Assembly (NCBI RefSeq): GCF_035594765.1
Contig: NC_085844.1
Location: forward strand, 72,927,923-72,991,922
Source: Anolis carolinensis
Taxonomy: Eukaryota
Reading direction: 5' to 3'
DNA: 64,000 bases
Part shown: positions 1-13,324 of the stretch, one piece after another
Numbering within the stretch: position 1 is the stretch's first letter
Layout: every line of letters begins with the position of its first letter
Made by a program: the position numbers and the translations under genes
Notes under the pieces: model-generated
What the model was told of the DNA's origin: nothing
The model's database searches: none
The model's input: the letters and a program-made list of their open reading frames with translations, nothing else

Positions 1-140
1 AAAGGAAGGATCTCGCATACATATATTGCCTATGCCATTGTCAAATCTGGAGCCAATATTGAGTAATCGATTCCCAGTTTGTGGGAAAGTGGTTAAGAAA
101 TAAAGGAATCCTTTAATTATTATTATTATTATTATTATTT

Positions 141-1315
141 TCACATCTGATGTGCATGGATGACTTGAAGCCTTATGGGAAAACTGAAACTGAAATTGAG
201 TCTCTGACCAACACTGTCCGAATCTTTAGCGCTGATATCAGCATGGAGTTTGATCGGAAAAATGTTCGACAGTGGCATTGAAGAAGGGGAAAATCATTGA
301 AAGTGAGGGCATAAATATGCCTAATGGCCAAACGATAAAGTGCCACTATCCAGAGGCCTATAAATATCTGGGTATACTACAGCTGGACAACATCAAACAT
401 GAACATGTAAAAACTGGTCAGCAAAGAATACACTCAAAGGGTCAGAAAAATTCTCAAAAGCAAGCTCAATGGAGGCAACACCATCAAGGACATAAACACC
501 TGGGCCATATCTGTCATAAGATATACTCCTGGCATTATAAATTAGATGCAGGTAGAACTGGACAATTTGAACAGAAAAACAAGAAAACTCGTGACCATTT
601 ATCATTCACTTCATCCTTGCAGTGATGTTGATCGGCTATATCTGCCTAGAAGATCTGGTGGCAGAGGACTCTTACAAGTAAAACAAGCAGTCAAAGAAGA
701 AGAATGTGCCCTGGTAGAATATGTAAAGAAAAGTGAAGAACCTGCTTTGATTGAAGTCAAAAATCAGAAACTCCTGAAAGCACAGCAGACAAAAAAATAA
801 GTACAAGAAAACTGCGCTACAAACTAGAGCTGACAGCTGACACAACAAAGCATTGCACGGACAGTTCCTTGACAAAACTGAAGGAAAAGCTGATAAGATC
901 TGGCTATAGCTCACCAATGGAACACTGAAGAAGGAGACAGAAGGCCTGACTCTTGCAGCCCAGGAGCGAGCCATCAGAACAAATGCAATTAAGGCCAAGA
1001 TCGAAAAATCAGCTGATAACCCAAATTCAGACTGTGCAAGGAAGCTGACGAAACTATTGATCATATCCTCAGCTGCTGTAAGAAAATCACACAGACGGAC
1101 TACAAACAGAGGCACAACTATGTGGCCCAAATTATTCATTGGAATTTATGTCACAAGTATCACCTGCCAGCAGTAAAGAACTGGTAGGATCACAAACCTG
1201 CAAAGGTAGTAGAAAATGAACACGCAAAAATACTGTGGGACTTTCGAATCCAGTCTGACAAAGTTTTGGAATACAACACACCAGACTTCACAGTTGTGGA
1301 AAAGAAAAAAGTTTG
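141..1315 (+). mobile_element. R4/Dong-clade (RLE-type) non-LTR retrotransposon fragment, degenerate; truncated at both ends
   Basis: Translates across stops and frameshifts to the RT end (HLMCMDDLK, YKYLG, DVDRLYLPRRSGGRGL), a CCHC-like region (RLCKEADETIDHILSCC..RHNYVAQIIHW) and the start of the RLE (KILWDFRIQ..TPD). Nearly identical to the copy at 48441. Confidence 0.88.
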
Positions 1316-1685
1316 TGATCCTACCAGTTCTTTACTGCTGGCAGGTGGTACTTGTGACATCAGGAAAATAAAGACTTGGTGATAGTGCAACAAAGTATAT
1401 GCTGTTGCTGATCTTGTTTTTCTTTGCTTCTTCTGAGTTACTTTTATGCAGAAATAGCATATGGTTTCCCCTTGTTTATGGGGAAATGGGGATTTTGGAG
1501 TGTGATATCTTGGAGACCCAGTATTCCACCCTTTGAATAGGTTAGAAGACTTAAATGTCCTTATTTTCCTGATCTCACTGCTAAGGGGAGTGATTTGTAG
1601 TGTTTTGTTTTTTCTCAGCCAGCACAACCTCCTAGGGACTGTTCCTTGGAATCTGAAGGAAGTGCATCTCGCTAGACGACAACGA

Positions 1686-1735
1686 TGATAATAATAATAA
1701 TAATAATAATGATATAATAATAATAATAATAATAA
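1686..1735. repeat. (TAA)n microsatellite; 3' tail of the minus-strand L2
   Basis: Visible directly; abuts the L2 terminal motif. Confidence 0.9.
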
Positions 1736-4700
1736 TTTTATTCTTATACCCCACCCCATCTCCTCGAAGGGACTCGGGGCGGCTTACATGGGGCCAAGCC
1801 CAGTCAACAACAATAAAATAACACATAAAACAGATTAAAACAATGAAAACCAGTCGTAAAAATTCACATATAAGGACAAAATGTAAAATCTAGATAAAAT
1901 CAGGAGAAACCTGGGCCAAAGTGCTAATTATCTCAAAGTCATCAGGAGGGGGTGGATTGTCCAATTTGTCGTCACCTTCAAGGTACTGGAAGAGGCGTAA
2001 ACACGGGACTATAATTGGAAAAAACAACTGGTCGGACTTACCAAATCAGTTATCGAAGGCCTGCTGGAAGAGCCATGTTTTCAGGCTCTTCCGGAATGAG
2101 AGAAGGGTAGGGGCCTGCCTGATGTCCCTGGGGAGCGAGTTCCAAAGCCGGGGGGCCACGACGGAGAAGGCCCTCTCCCTCGTCCCCACCAACTGCGCCC
2201 GCGAGGGTGGTGGGAGCGAGAGGAGGGCCTCCCCCGACGAGCGAAGGGATCGTCCAGGCTCATTGGGGGAATTACGGTCACGAAGGTAGGTGGGTCCCAA
2301 ACCGTTTAGGGCTTTGTAAGTAATAACCTGCACCTTGAATTGGGCTCGGAAAATAAACAGCAGCCAATTGAGCTCCTTGAACAGGGGGGTAAAACGCGCC
2401 CTGTAATTTGCTCCAGTTAGAAATCTGGCTGCCGCACATTGTACTAGTTGCAGTTTCCGGGCTGTTTTCAAAGGCAGCCGCACGTAGAGTGCGTTGCAAT
2501 AATCCAGTCTAGAGGTAACTAAGGCATGGACCACCCTGGTCAGATCAGTCTTCTCGAGGTACGGTCGCAGCTGGCGCACAAGTTTTAATTGTGCAAAGGC
2601 CCTCCCAGCCACCGCCGACACCTGGGCCTCAAGTGTCAGCGCCGAGTCCAGGAGGACCCCCAGGCTGCGGACCTGCGCCTTCAGGAGGAGTGCGACCCTG
2701 TCAAGCACAGGTTGCCACCCTATGCCCCGATCAGACATACGACTGACCTGGAGGACCTCTGTCTTGTCAGGATTAAGTCTCACCTTGTTCGCCCTCATCC
2801 AGAACAACACAGCGGCCAGACACTGGTTCAGTATCTGAGGGGCTTCCTTGGATTTAGGTGGAAAAGAGTAGTAGAGTTGGGTGTCATCCGCATAGAGATA
2901 GCACCGAACTCCAAAACTCCAGATGACCTCGCCCAACGGTTTCATGTAGATGTTAAAAAGCATGGGGGACAAAATAGAACCTTGCGGGACCCTACAGGTC
3001 AATGGCCAGGGGTCCGAGCAGGAGTCCCCCAGCTTCACCAACTGAGAGCGACCCTCCAGGGAGGACTGAAGCCACTGCAGAGCAGTACCCCCAAGGCCCA
3101 TCCCAGAGAGCCGTCCCAGAAGGATACCATGGTTGATGGTATTGAAAGCCGCTGAGATGTCCAAGAGAACCAGCAGGGTCACACACCCCCTGTCCAGTTC
3201 TCTACGGAGGTCATCCACTAAGGCGACCAAAGCCGTCTCGGTACTGTAGCCAGGTCTGAAACCCGACTGTGAATGGTCCAGAAAACCAGCATCTTCCAAG
3301 AATCCCTGGAGCTGAGAAGCGACCAACTGCTCCAAGACCTTGCCCAAAAAAGGAAGGTTAAAGATTGGTCTGTAGTTACTTAAGTTGGTCAAATACAAGG
3401 AGGCCTTCTTCAATAGTGGCCTCACTATAGCTTGTTTTAAGCAAGATGGAAATTTGCCCTGCTCCAAGGAGGCGTTAATTATTTTCAAAACCAATCTACT
3501 AACCCACCACTGGCCTGTTTTAAAAGCCAGGATGGGCAAGGATCAAGGGCACAGGTGGTCGCCCTCACCGCTCCAAGGATTTTGTCCACGTCATCAGGCT
3601 GCACAAGCTGAAACGAATCCCACAAGCTGGAACAGACAGATGCCTCGGTTACCTCTCCTGGCATTGCACCAAAGCCGGCATCCAAGTCGAAACGAATCTG
3701 AGCGACTTTGTCTGCAAAATGGTGAGCGAACTCGCTACACCGAGTTGCCGAGTTGTCAGGTGCCCCCCCAACCTGAGGAGGGTGGAGGAGCTCCCCAACA
3801 ACCCGAAACAGCTCTGAAGATCAATTAGTTGCAGACGCGATGCGAGCAGTCGAGAAAACCTTCCTGGCTGCCCGCAACGCCTCGGAGTAGGCCCTAATAG
3901 CGGCTCTAGCCCGTGTTCGGTCAGATGCATCGCGAGTTTTCCGCCAGCGGCACTCTAATCTCCTTCTCATGCGTTTCATCTCCGCCAGCTCTCCAGTAAA
4001 CCAGGGAGCTGGGGCGACTCCACGCAACGAGAGGGGACATTCGGGGGTGATCGTGTCTATTGCCCTGGACATCTTGCTGTTATAGTGATCAGCCAAGGCA
4101 TCGACAGGATCGTCAGCCTCCATGGCAGACAGAACCCCGAGAGATCTCAGGAATCCATCAGGATCCATAAGCTTCCTGGGGCGGACCATCTTAATGGGCC
4201 CACCATCCCTGCGGAGGTTTGAGGACACGGTGAGTCTTAAACTGATCAGATGATGGTCAGACCATGACAATGGAAGAATAGTTTGCTCTTCCACCCCAAC
4301 CAAACCGTCACCCGCAACAAAAACCAGGTCGAGTGTATGTCCAGCTTGATGAGTGGGACCCGATATTACTTGGGACAACCCCATGGTCATCATGGCGGCC
4401 ATGAATTCTTGCGCTTCACCTGTCAAGGTGGCCTCAGCGTGGATGTTGAAATCACGCAGCACCATCAGGCGCTGGGAACCCAATACCATGCTAGAGTCCA
4501 CCTCTGCTAGCGCAGACAGGGAGACTGCTGTGTCGCGGGGTGGACGGTACACCAGCAGAATCCCCAAACTGTCCTGGATACCCACCTTCAAATGGAGACA
4601 CTCAAACCCGGCAGATTGCAGGACGGCACATCTGACCAGGGCGATGGACTGCCGAAAGACCACCGCAAGCCCACCTCCCCGCCCTCCAGGCCTGGCCTGC

Positions 4701-5025
4701 TGATGCACCCCGAAACCCAGAGGACAAAGCTGGGTGAGACTTACTCCGCCCAGCTCATCCAACCAGGTCTCAGTGATGCAAGCCAGATCCGCCTGCTCAT
4801 CCAGGATTAAATCCTGGATAACCGATGATTTACCGTTGACGGATCTGGCATTGAGCAGCAGGACCTTCAGCCCGGAGGGGCTGCCAAGGAGGCTACCACA
4901 CCTAGCCTTCTCCAGGATCACAAGAACCTTGTTGCACTTCTCCAGAGGGCTACCAGAATTTTCATCTGACCTAATATCTGGAGAAGGGGACAATTGGGGC
5001 CTATCGGAGGGGGAAGGTCTTTCGG
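1736..5025 (-). mobile_element. L2-clade LINE, 5'-truncated, almost intact ORF2 (APE endonuclease + RT)
   Basis: ORF 3821-4993 has EN motifs (LLLNARS, ITETW, VYRPP, DFN, TLDLVF, SDH). ORF 2046-3539 has RT motifs (NYRPI, QSGFR, DISAAF, PQGSILSP, YADD). 3' end on - strand is GTAAGCCGCCCCGAGTCCCTTCG..ATAAAAT(TAT)n. CpG-rich. Confidence 0.95.
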
Positions 5026-5040
5026 TGATGATGATGATAA

Positions 5041-5490
5041 GAATTTCATTTCTATCTCACCCTATCTTTACAACAGATATTGGTAAACATTCAATGCCGT
5101 AAGAAGCTGAGCAAAGACAAAAATAACCAATCCTCCAAATCCGAAAAACAAATCTACATCTACATAAAAAATAATAGCACATTATCAAAAATTAAACAGT
5201 AAACATCACGTACAATTTCAAAACTAAGACTTAGGGAGACAAAACAGGAATCTAAACAAAACAAGATAAAGTTTAAAATTTTAAAAAATTACAACCAGCT
5301 GTGACCTGCCATTTCTGCTTCATGATGATTATGCATGATATTCTCCTCTCTGTACACTTGAAAGCATAAGAAAGTTTTAGATTGTTTTTTAAAAGAAAGT
5401 CAGGAGGGGGCTGTTTTTATCTCTTTGTGAGAGAGTCCCAGACGCGGGGGCGGGGAGGTGTGATCACAGAGAAGGCCCCCCTCTTAAAAT
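5041..5490 (-). mobile_element. Older L2 3' remnant (tail, 3'UTR, RT end)
   Basis: GGCATTGAATGTTT..GGGTGAGATAGAAAT tail on - strand. 5400-5485 resembles 2101-2180 of the young L2. Confidence 0.6.
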
Positions 5491-6638
5491 GCTAGTGAGC
5501 CTTTTCCATGTGCAACTCCTGACTAAATAGGAGCTCCATGATGTTTATATGTGATAAAAATACGCACATCAATGAGTAGAATTGGGTGTATGCTACTTTA
5601 TTACTTTATCTCTTGCTGAAGTAATGTGTGAAACAACCTTCTGTCTAAGCTACTTTTCTCTGCCCCAAACTCTTGAATCACTTACTATAGTTAAGAGATT
5701 AGGATTGTGTTATGGATTGGTATGCTTCCTCTCTGCACTTTTTTGGGTATATATATGAATGTTACTAAAATGAAACTGGGAAAAATATCAAATCTTGAGT
5801 ACAATACTCAAGACAGGTTGTTCAGTTCCTTACTTCAATGGTGCTTATCTATCACATTCTCAGTAGGTTTTCATGTACCTGCTTTATCCTAAGTGATTAT
5901 TTATAATCCACTTAGAACAGCCTTCTAGAAAAGTCCCCTTGTCTTGAATGTGTTAGTCCTAAAGGTGGTCATTAAATTTTGGGATTAAAATGGGCAAAAA
6001 ATCCATTTATAGCCCTCATTCATGACTTTTTTTAACCTGGAAAGAGAGATGGCAGTACCCTTTCACTGATGTTCCTGAGAGCCTTAACACTAATTCACTA
6101 ACTGTGGGTAATATCTTGAGTTGATTGATGTTGGTGAAAGGGGAAACGTAAATTCATTAACTGATGATAGGTTAACATTTCAGCTTTAAAGGTTAAAAAG
6201 TACATGTAACAGATGACTCTAGAGTGAATACAAGTTAGAATTATCTCCTAGTACTCTGCTGCCATTTATAAAGCTCTTGTGTTGAACTCTCATGCTTGAC
6301 TTCGGCAGAGTCTCTTGAGTAAATTACTCTTGCACTGTCAGGAGCCTCCTTATTTTAGGTTTATAGGTAAAGCACTTTTCACAATAAAAAGCTGCAGTAG
6401 TTAGTAGTATGCTAAAGAATTGTACTATTATTGATCAATGTGTTTCTGACTCTAATTTCCATACTTAATTACAGCCAGATGCATTAAAAGTGTTTTCTGA
6501 GAGTGAGAATTGCATGTTTTCTAAGTTTAATCTAAGTACTGGCATACGATCTGTTAACATTTATTTAGATTTTGAAAGAAAAATAATCTAAAGAAATATT
6601 AAATGAAACAACTGACTGTGTCAATGGCAACGATAACA

Positions 6639-7177
6639 CAGGTTGAACATCCCTTATCCTGAAATCTGAATGGATGGCTGAGACAGTAACCTCTTTGTTT
6701 TCTGATGGTTCAGTTTACCACAAACTGTTTCATGCTAAAAATTATTAAAAACACATTTGGACTATGTGTATATGAAACAGGAATGAAATTCCTTTTTAGA
6801 CTTGGGTCAAATGTCCAAGCTATCTCATTATTTACTTATTCACAAATACAGGCAGTCCCTGAGTTATAAACATCCAGCTAACAAACGACTCATAGTTACG
6901 AATGAAGGTGAGACAACAGGAAGTTAGACAAATCTACCCCTAGGAAGGAAAATTCACTCCTGGAAGAGTTAACATGAGGAAAAGGTGTCTCCCTGAAGCT
7001 TTGTCACCAATCCTTGTTTCCACAACAAGCCAATTTTTTGTATCTTGTTTGTACCTTGGAGACTGCCTGTATAGGTATTCTGAAACCAAAACAAATCTGA
7101 AATATTCAGATTTAGCTTCATTTATCCAGAAGAGAATGTTTGGTCTAAAACATTCTGGACAAGGGATGTGAAATCTG
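6639..7177. mobile_element. Tigger/pogo-type MITE (host of a nested MITE)
   Basis: TIRs CAGGTTGAACATCCCTTATCC / GGACAAGGGATGTGAAATCTG; TA at right flank. Confidence 0.75.
6849..7069 (+). mobile_element. Tigger-like MITE, internally deleted, nested
   Basis: TA|CAGGCAGTCCC...GGAGACTGCCTG|TA. Body is the reverse complement of part of 13325-13801. Confidence 0.85.
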
Positions 7178-7409
7178 TACAATAAGGATCTCTTGCTATT
7201 CTTCAGAATGTCAGGATTGCTGAGCAATACAGATGTACAATTTTGATAACTTTTTAGGCCTTAGAAAAAACTTTTTCCCCAGGGATTTTGGGGGAAATTG
7301 AAATGTTTAGAAAAATGCAGTATTATGAGTTTACTTTTATGTAGCAGGATCATAAAATACATTCAAATAGTTTCTGTCTTGTTGTGATTCTAAGGTAAAC
7401 TAGTCGTTA

Positions 7410-7568
7410 GTTTTTCTTGGGAATATTTGTTTAGCGGGGGTTTGCCTCTGACTTCCTCTGAGGCTAGGAGAGTGTGACTTGCCCAAAATCACCCATTGGG
7501 TTTCCATGGCGGAGTGGGGTACTTGAACCCTGGTCTCCAGAGTCATAATTCAACATATAAACCACTAT
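7410..7568 (-). mobile_element. tRNA-derived SINE (Anolis SINE2-like)
   Basis: Reverse complement of the family at 15535 and 38385; B-box-like GGGTTCAAGTACC. Confidence 0.75.
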
Positions 7569-7766
7569 ATTTGATAAGCTATGAAAAAGATACTAATCAA
7601 CAACTTCAGAGCATCAGTCTAAATGAAAAATAGCTGAATATATTCTTTAACTCAAATATTTTCTTTATTGCATAACATAAGGAATTTATCTTGAATATGT
7701 CTGTACAGTGTTAAGAAGATTAATAAAATCTCAATTATAATATTTTCAATATTTTGAACTGCACTA

Positions 7767-8001
7767 CAGGGTGTCCCAAAACTTGCCACACATAGGGAAA
7801 ACCGTAAATGTAGCCAAGAGATCTGTTGTAATGCTAGTAATTGCATTTCAAATTTGTGCCTTTAAATAATCCATGTTTTTTATCTTTTTCTTGTACAATG
7901 TGGCTTTTAAGTGGCCCCACAAGTTAACGTTGAATGAGGAAAGATAATATAATATGAGCATGTTACTTTTTCCTATGTATGTAGACTTTTGGAATACCCT
8001 G
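7767..8001. mobile_element. Tc1/mariner MITE
   Basis: TA|CAGGGTGTCCCAAAA...TTTTGGAATACCCTG|TA. Confidence 0.8.
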
Positions 8002-10741
8002 TAGTTATTTTGCTAAGTATCTAATTCCAGGTTTTATATGCAAATCTTAATCAATATTGGCAACATTGGAAGGATATTATCATTAGTACGATTATAGAAG
8101 GATACTTTTAAAATAACCTGCATTCATAACTCTGAATACCTCTGAAAATAGCAGCTAGTTTTTAATGTCTCATTCTAAAATTATCTTTTTTATTAAATAG
8201 TAAATAGGCTAATGTTTAATTTTATTTGTTCATTTCTCTCAATTTAAATTTAGATGTTTTCTTTTAGTTTTGAAATCTTAATTCACCTAGTAGTCTGGAG
8301 TTACTTGGTATTGATTGAGTTCTTTCTCATGAAAAGTGTTTTCCACTTAATTCATTCTTCATTATAGATAGACTTTGTACATAAGAAAAAGGCGCTGTTG
8401 AGTTACATTTCCATATGAAATGAAGGGGATATCAAATACCCACATTAATTTGAGCTCTGAAAGAGCCTGTATACTTTGAATTAATTTGTAACACATTTGC
8501 AGAAGCATGGGAAACTGCTGATCTTTCAAGAATGATGTGACTACTGTGTTGCTATATCAAAGCTTCCTGTTGAGTACAATAATTACAGTATGTTTTCATG
8601 GCTGAAGCAGTTTTTGCTGTTTAGGATTTAATAAGGAATAGCTTATCCTTGTAGCCAATAGAGAACTTTTGTATTAGCTTCTTTGTATGAAAATCCTGTT
8701 TTGAATAACTTTTTTACAGTTAAGCAGGACAAGGGTAGAAAATAAAAAATGCCTTTTAAAACCATTTTTTCAAAGCTTAGCATTTGACCTGCCAGAAGCA
8801 ATTTCATGTGAAAAGTGGTAAGATCTTATACAAGATTTAACAAGTTCTAAAATATAGCGGGAACCTTTTCATTCTGCATAGGCAATGCCATTATACCTAT
8901 AAATTCTCTAAAATACCAAAAATGTAAATTTAATATAAAACATTTGTTATTTTTAAGATTAATGGCTTGCTTATTTCACTTAGAATAGATAATATGTATA
9001 TACTGTATATACAAAGAGAAGAAAAAGATAAGATAGCTAAATGGTAAAACAAAAGAACAAGTAGCACTACTCCTAGCTTTATTCTAGCCACTGGACCAGC
9101 TGAAATTGTCCATCAGATGTTTAAGAAGTATTCTTCCCAAATGTGTAGCTTCTGTCTTATGGTAGGACAATATTTAATGTTGTATACGCATTTTTTACTG
9201 GCATGACAGAAAATACCTGTCCTCATCATCTTTCACTACATCCCTTCCCTCAAAATCTTTACTGGAAGGACTCAACCTTCTGGACAAAGTCTGAGAAGCC
9301 CAAGAGTATTATACCAGAGGATGAATCATTGTATTGTTCTATCAGCACATATGTCATGCTTCATTTTGTCCTGTCTACATTGACCCTGACTGGCATATGT
9401 GTCTCATTGTTTTGTTTGGTATCCTAAATAATTGTATTTAGACAAGGCTTGATGCTGACTAAATTAATCAAGAAATCCAAACCCATTAAAGTTTCACTCC
9501 TCATAATGATCTTTTATGTTGGAGACTTGGTGTTTGAACATAGATCTCATTAGTGTCCTGCAATAACAATTGTTTTGGGAACATTTTCTTTGTAGGTTCA
9601 TCTTTATCCATTGATTCTTCAAAACATTCTGTCCAAGTGTAGCTATGTATGCTATGACTCACACAGTCACAGAAGTTATTAATGTGTTAAATGAGCCAGA
9701 AACAAATGGAAGCAAAAGATAAACAACATCTCCATACAGAGTGGTGGGGATTTCTGTTTTAAATGGACATGGACTTACTGATATCCAAGTCTTGAAAAGT
9801 ATTGAATCCCATTTGCCTGCAATAAATACTTCAAAATGGAATTGTCAAAATCTATAATTATTTCCATCGGTGAAACCCCATTGCATCTGAGGGCTTAACG
9901 TGCTTATCTCTAGGTGCCAATCAGACTTTTATCAGACGCATCCCAACTCTTCAGCATTGCCAAACTTTGTTTAAATATCTGTAATTTGTTTGCTAATGTG
10001 ATGCAGGTTTTGGCATTTGTCTAAAATGAAAAGTTCTTACATGATTCAGTCTTCCAATTTGTGAATAAATCTTAAACTATTTTTGTATTATAAAGTATAC
10101 AATAATTATGAAACAATAATAGGTTAATTATTGTGTCACTAATACCATTTGCTTTTGGGGGTGGCTTTGTGAAATAAAACATTGGAAGTATTACTTAGAA
10201 AGTTATCACTTAAACATCAGCAAATACGTAACAGATTATGCATCTGCACTGTTGCACTGAAAGTATAAGAAGATATTTATAAATATGAACGAAGATGAAA
10301 AGCTTATATGAGTATGGGGGTGCTTTGTTTTGGCTTCTGTATTAATTAAAATATATACCGACACCTTGTGCAGTGACATATTGGTGGCTGTTGGGATTGT
10401 ACAAGTGCATTGATCTGAGGTAAATAAGTGATTGAGCTGTCTCAGGAAAATACACAGGGAGAGTGTGACTCTCTTGGTTGCTTTCAGTGCCATCGCTCAT
10501 GGTATCCTTTTAGACTGCCTCATTGGGATGGGACTTGGGGACACAGTTTACAGTGACTTTCTTCCACCATGGAAGGGTAAGCACAAGAGGTGATTCTGGG
10601 GAATTCATATGCAATTGTATTTATTTATTTATTTATTTATTTGGCATCTCACCTTTCTCCTGACATGAGATCCAAGACAACCCACGACAAGGCTAAAACA
10701 AAATATAGCTTTGTAAATCTTGTCAGAAGCAAATTGAGAAC

Positions 10742-10947
10742 ATACTGCAAGTCACTTCTGGTGTGAGAGAATTGGCCTTCTACAAAGACTTTGCCCAGGG
10801 GATGCCCAGATGTGTTACCATCCTGCTGGGAGGCTTCTCTCATGTCTCCACTTGGGAAGCAGACAGGAGCTCACCCCGTCTCGTGGATTCAAACCGCCAA
10901 TAGTTTAGCTAGCACGAGGTTTTAACCCATTGTGCCACCAAGACCCC
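10742..10947 (-). mobile_element. Sauria-head SINE, same family as 57217-57474
   Basis: Reverse-complement similarity to the 57217 copy. Confidence 0.8.
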
Positions 10948-12383
10948 TAATATATAGCTAAAAACCTGATGATAAAAAAAGTTTTTTTAAAAAACACAGT
11001 TTAACAATATCATGTTATCAAGCCATTAACTTTTACACATAACAATAAGGATAAAAATTACCCATAAAAAGACTTACTGCAACCAGTTATTTGTCAGGGG
11101 TTTGCAGTGGTCATGAATAGTGTGCCTCTTCTTGGACATTTCTGATCTTATGATGGTGACATGTTCCTCTGTTACATCCAGTATGGATTGCTGCAACACA
11201 TTCTACATGGCTCTATGTTTGTAGAAGGTTTGGAAATCTAGTTCCAGAAGTTTCCATCAGATCAGTCTGATTTTGATACTTTTTGTGCAGATTTTCTTTA
11301 AAGACTGTAGTATTGAACCAAACCAGTTTAATTGGTTTATAGTACAGTATGAAAGTCCTCCTCATGTAAGTCTGAATCCAGGAAGCAGCTATAACATGCT
11401 TCACAAGATTATTTTGCAGTTCTTTGAGAATGAGGGATGTTCTCTCACCATTCGTAGTGCTTGTGAAAATGGTGGAGGAACCTTCTTCCTTTTAAGTGCT
11501 ATCTCTGGGCATTAGATTGTAATATCCTAAATAAGCATATGTGTGATAGGCACTTCCATTCAGGTGATATTTCAGTATATTTTATGATTAACTTAACATC
11601 ATCAAATGTCTTTCTAATTGCAAATTTTATCTTTGTTGAAGCACTACTTTTTGTAATTGTATGATCTGATTTTAAACTTTTTTTGTATGCCGCCCTGCCT
11701 TTTTTTGGTATCAACTTGATTGGTTGCTTAGTTTTAGCTTTAAATGTTTTTTCCCATTCTAAAATAAAATATGGGGGAACATGTATATACAAATAAGTGT
11801 GACTCTTTTTTAAAAAAAAATATTGTTCAAGATAACTTGCTTCTGCCTGCAGGCAAGGGAAGATGCCTTATAACTTCAACATCTTTACCTTCTTTCTTTT
11901 CTTCAAACAAATATCCTTTATCTCCTCTGTACCAAAGCAAATGGGTTTGCCACCTCTCTGTGCACCTAGAGATTCACACAGGATATTTTTAATGCTATTA
12001 GTTTTGGCAAAAGATTTCTGCATTACAAAAAGCTATTCTGGTTGAGAGTAGCTGAGAAAGATAGTGCCTGAGACCTCTTACAGCTGGCAGCTTTTCTTAC
12101 ATTCCCCCCACTACCTTGTTTACAAGAGCAATTTAGGGAGCCAGCACTGTTCTGGTAAGCCACGTACTCATGGCTTGTTCATGTGGTTCTATGTTCATGC
12201 ATAGCAGTTGAGTTCATTTTAAAACCGGAGGTTAAAACATCATGCTTTCTTCAGGAACCCTTTATTTCATTTTAATGAAGTGGATGGCAGTACACAAAAA
12301 CATGCAGCACAACTTATTAGATTTTAAGGTGCCACAAGACTTCACTTGGAAAATTAAAGAAAGCCTTTCTTTTGCTTTTGCAG

Positions 12384-12534
12384 TTGCTGTGATTGGCTCA
12401 TAAACATTTGTCGGCGAAGGAAAGAACTGAAAGCACGCACAGTCTGGCTTGGATGTCCTGAAAAATGTGAAGAAAAATACCCAAGAAATGCGATAAAAAA
12501 TCAAAAATATAATATCTTTACATTTATACCTGGG
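12384..12534 (+). CDS. ATP9B: ATP9B coding exon (~exon 3, 151 nt, phase 2-0)
   Basis: ttttgcag|T TGC TGT GAT TGG... encodes [50 protein letters not shown] |gtaagg. Matches the vertebrate ATP9B N-terminal region. Confidence 0.96.
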
Positions 12535-13324
12535 GTAAGGCTACTAAGGATTGCTTAAAAAATCTTTTGTAACTCTTTTGTTTTGGAGTATTTTAACAAT
12601 ATAATCATTTCATGGTTTCTTAAAATTTCAGATTTTCCCCTCCTTTGCAGGATTTTCCCCACTGAGAAATTTCTTTTGTAATTAGAGCTGCAAATCATTA
12701 ATTTTAAGCTAGGTTGAATCAGGGTTATTCACTCCCAAAGTCCTCCAACAAAAGCAGCCACAATTGGAAAGTAGTCTTTTCAGAAAAGAGAGTGAATAGA
12801 AAACTGGGTTATCCAACTGTTTTAATATTTTATGTATCTGAATTCAATAGCAGTGTTCTTTATAAACAGTTGTTTATTTGAAATAAAACCCCATCTATCA
12901 CAAAAAGATATCTGATAATAAAATATTGCAAACCTTGTCAAAAATGTGAGAATGAATACAGAAATGTTCCTGATTTTAGTGGGCAGATAGGCATGTTTTA
13001 AAAATATTTTCCTATTTTATGTTTATGATTAAATTAGTTTTTCTATTTTTCCCTACTTTTTTGTTTTCATTGTTTTTTCGTTCCCAGAGTCCCAGTATTA
13101 AATGCTTAATAAATATAACATAGATTAAAATAAAACCTATTAGCATTGTAATTGTTTTTATGCAAGAAGTGTTTCTGATTTGGCAATTAGGTGGGCTAGA
13201 ACATGGTACAAAACTTGTATCTGCTAAATCCAGGTTTAAATAAAGTTAAAGTAAGTCTTGGGATTTCCTTTTCTCTTACTATGGTTTTCAAGATGCAGGA
13301 TCCTTTTCAATGCTGACAATAGTA

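Noticed and set aside
1190-1759. 189-aa minus-strand ORF
   Set aside because: Chimera of an L2 tail, a microsatellite, unique DNA and antisense R4; no recognisable domain.
2589-3828. Plus-strand ORFs of 188 and 147 aa
   Set aside because: Antisense shadows of the GC-rich L2 ORF2.
1-12383. ATP9B exons 1-2 or promoter
   Set aside because: No sequence encoding the expected upstream peptide (DEMPLMMSEEG-like) and no non-TE CpG island was seen; probably upstream of the window.
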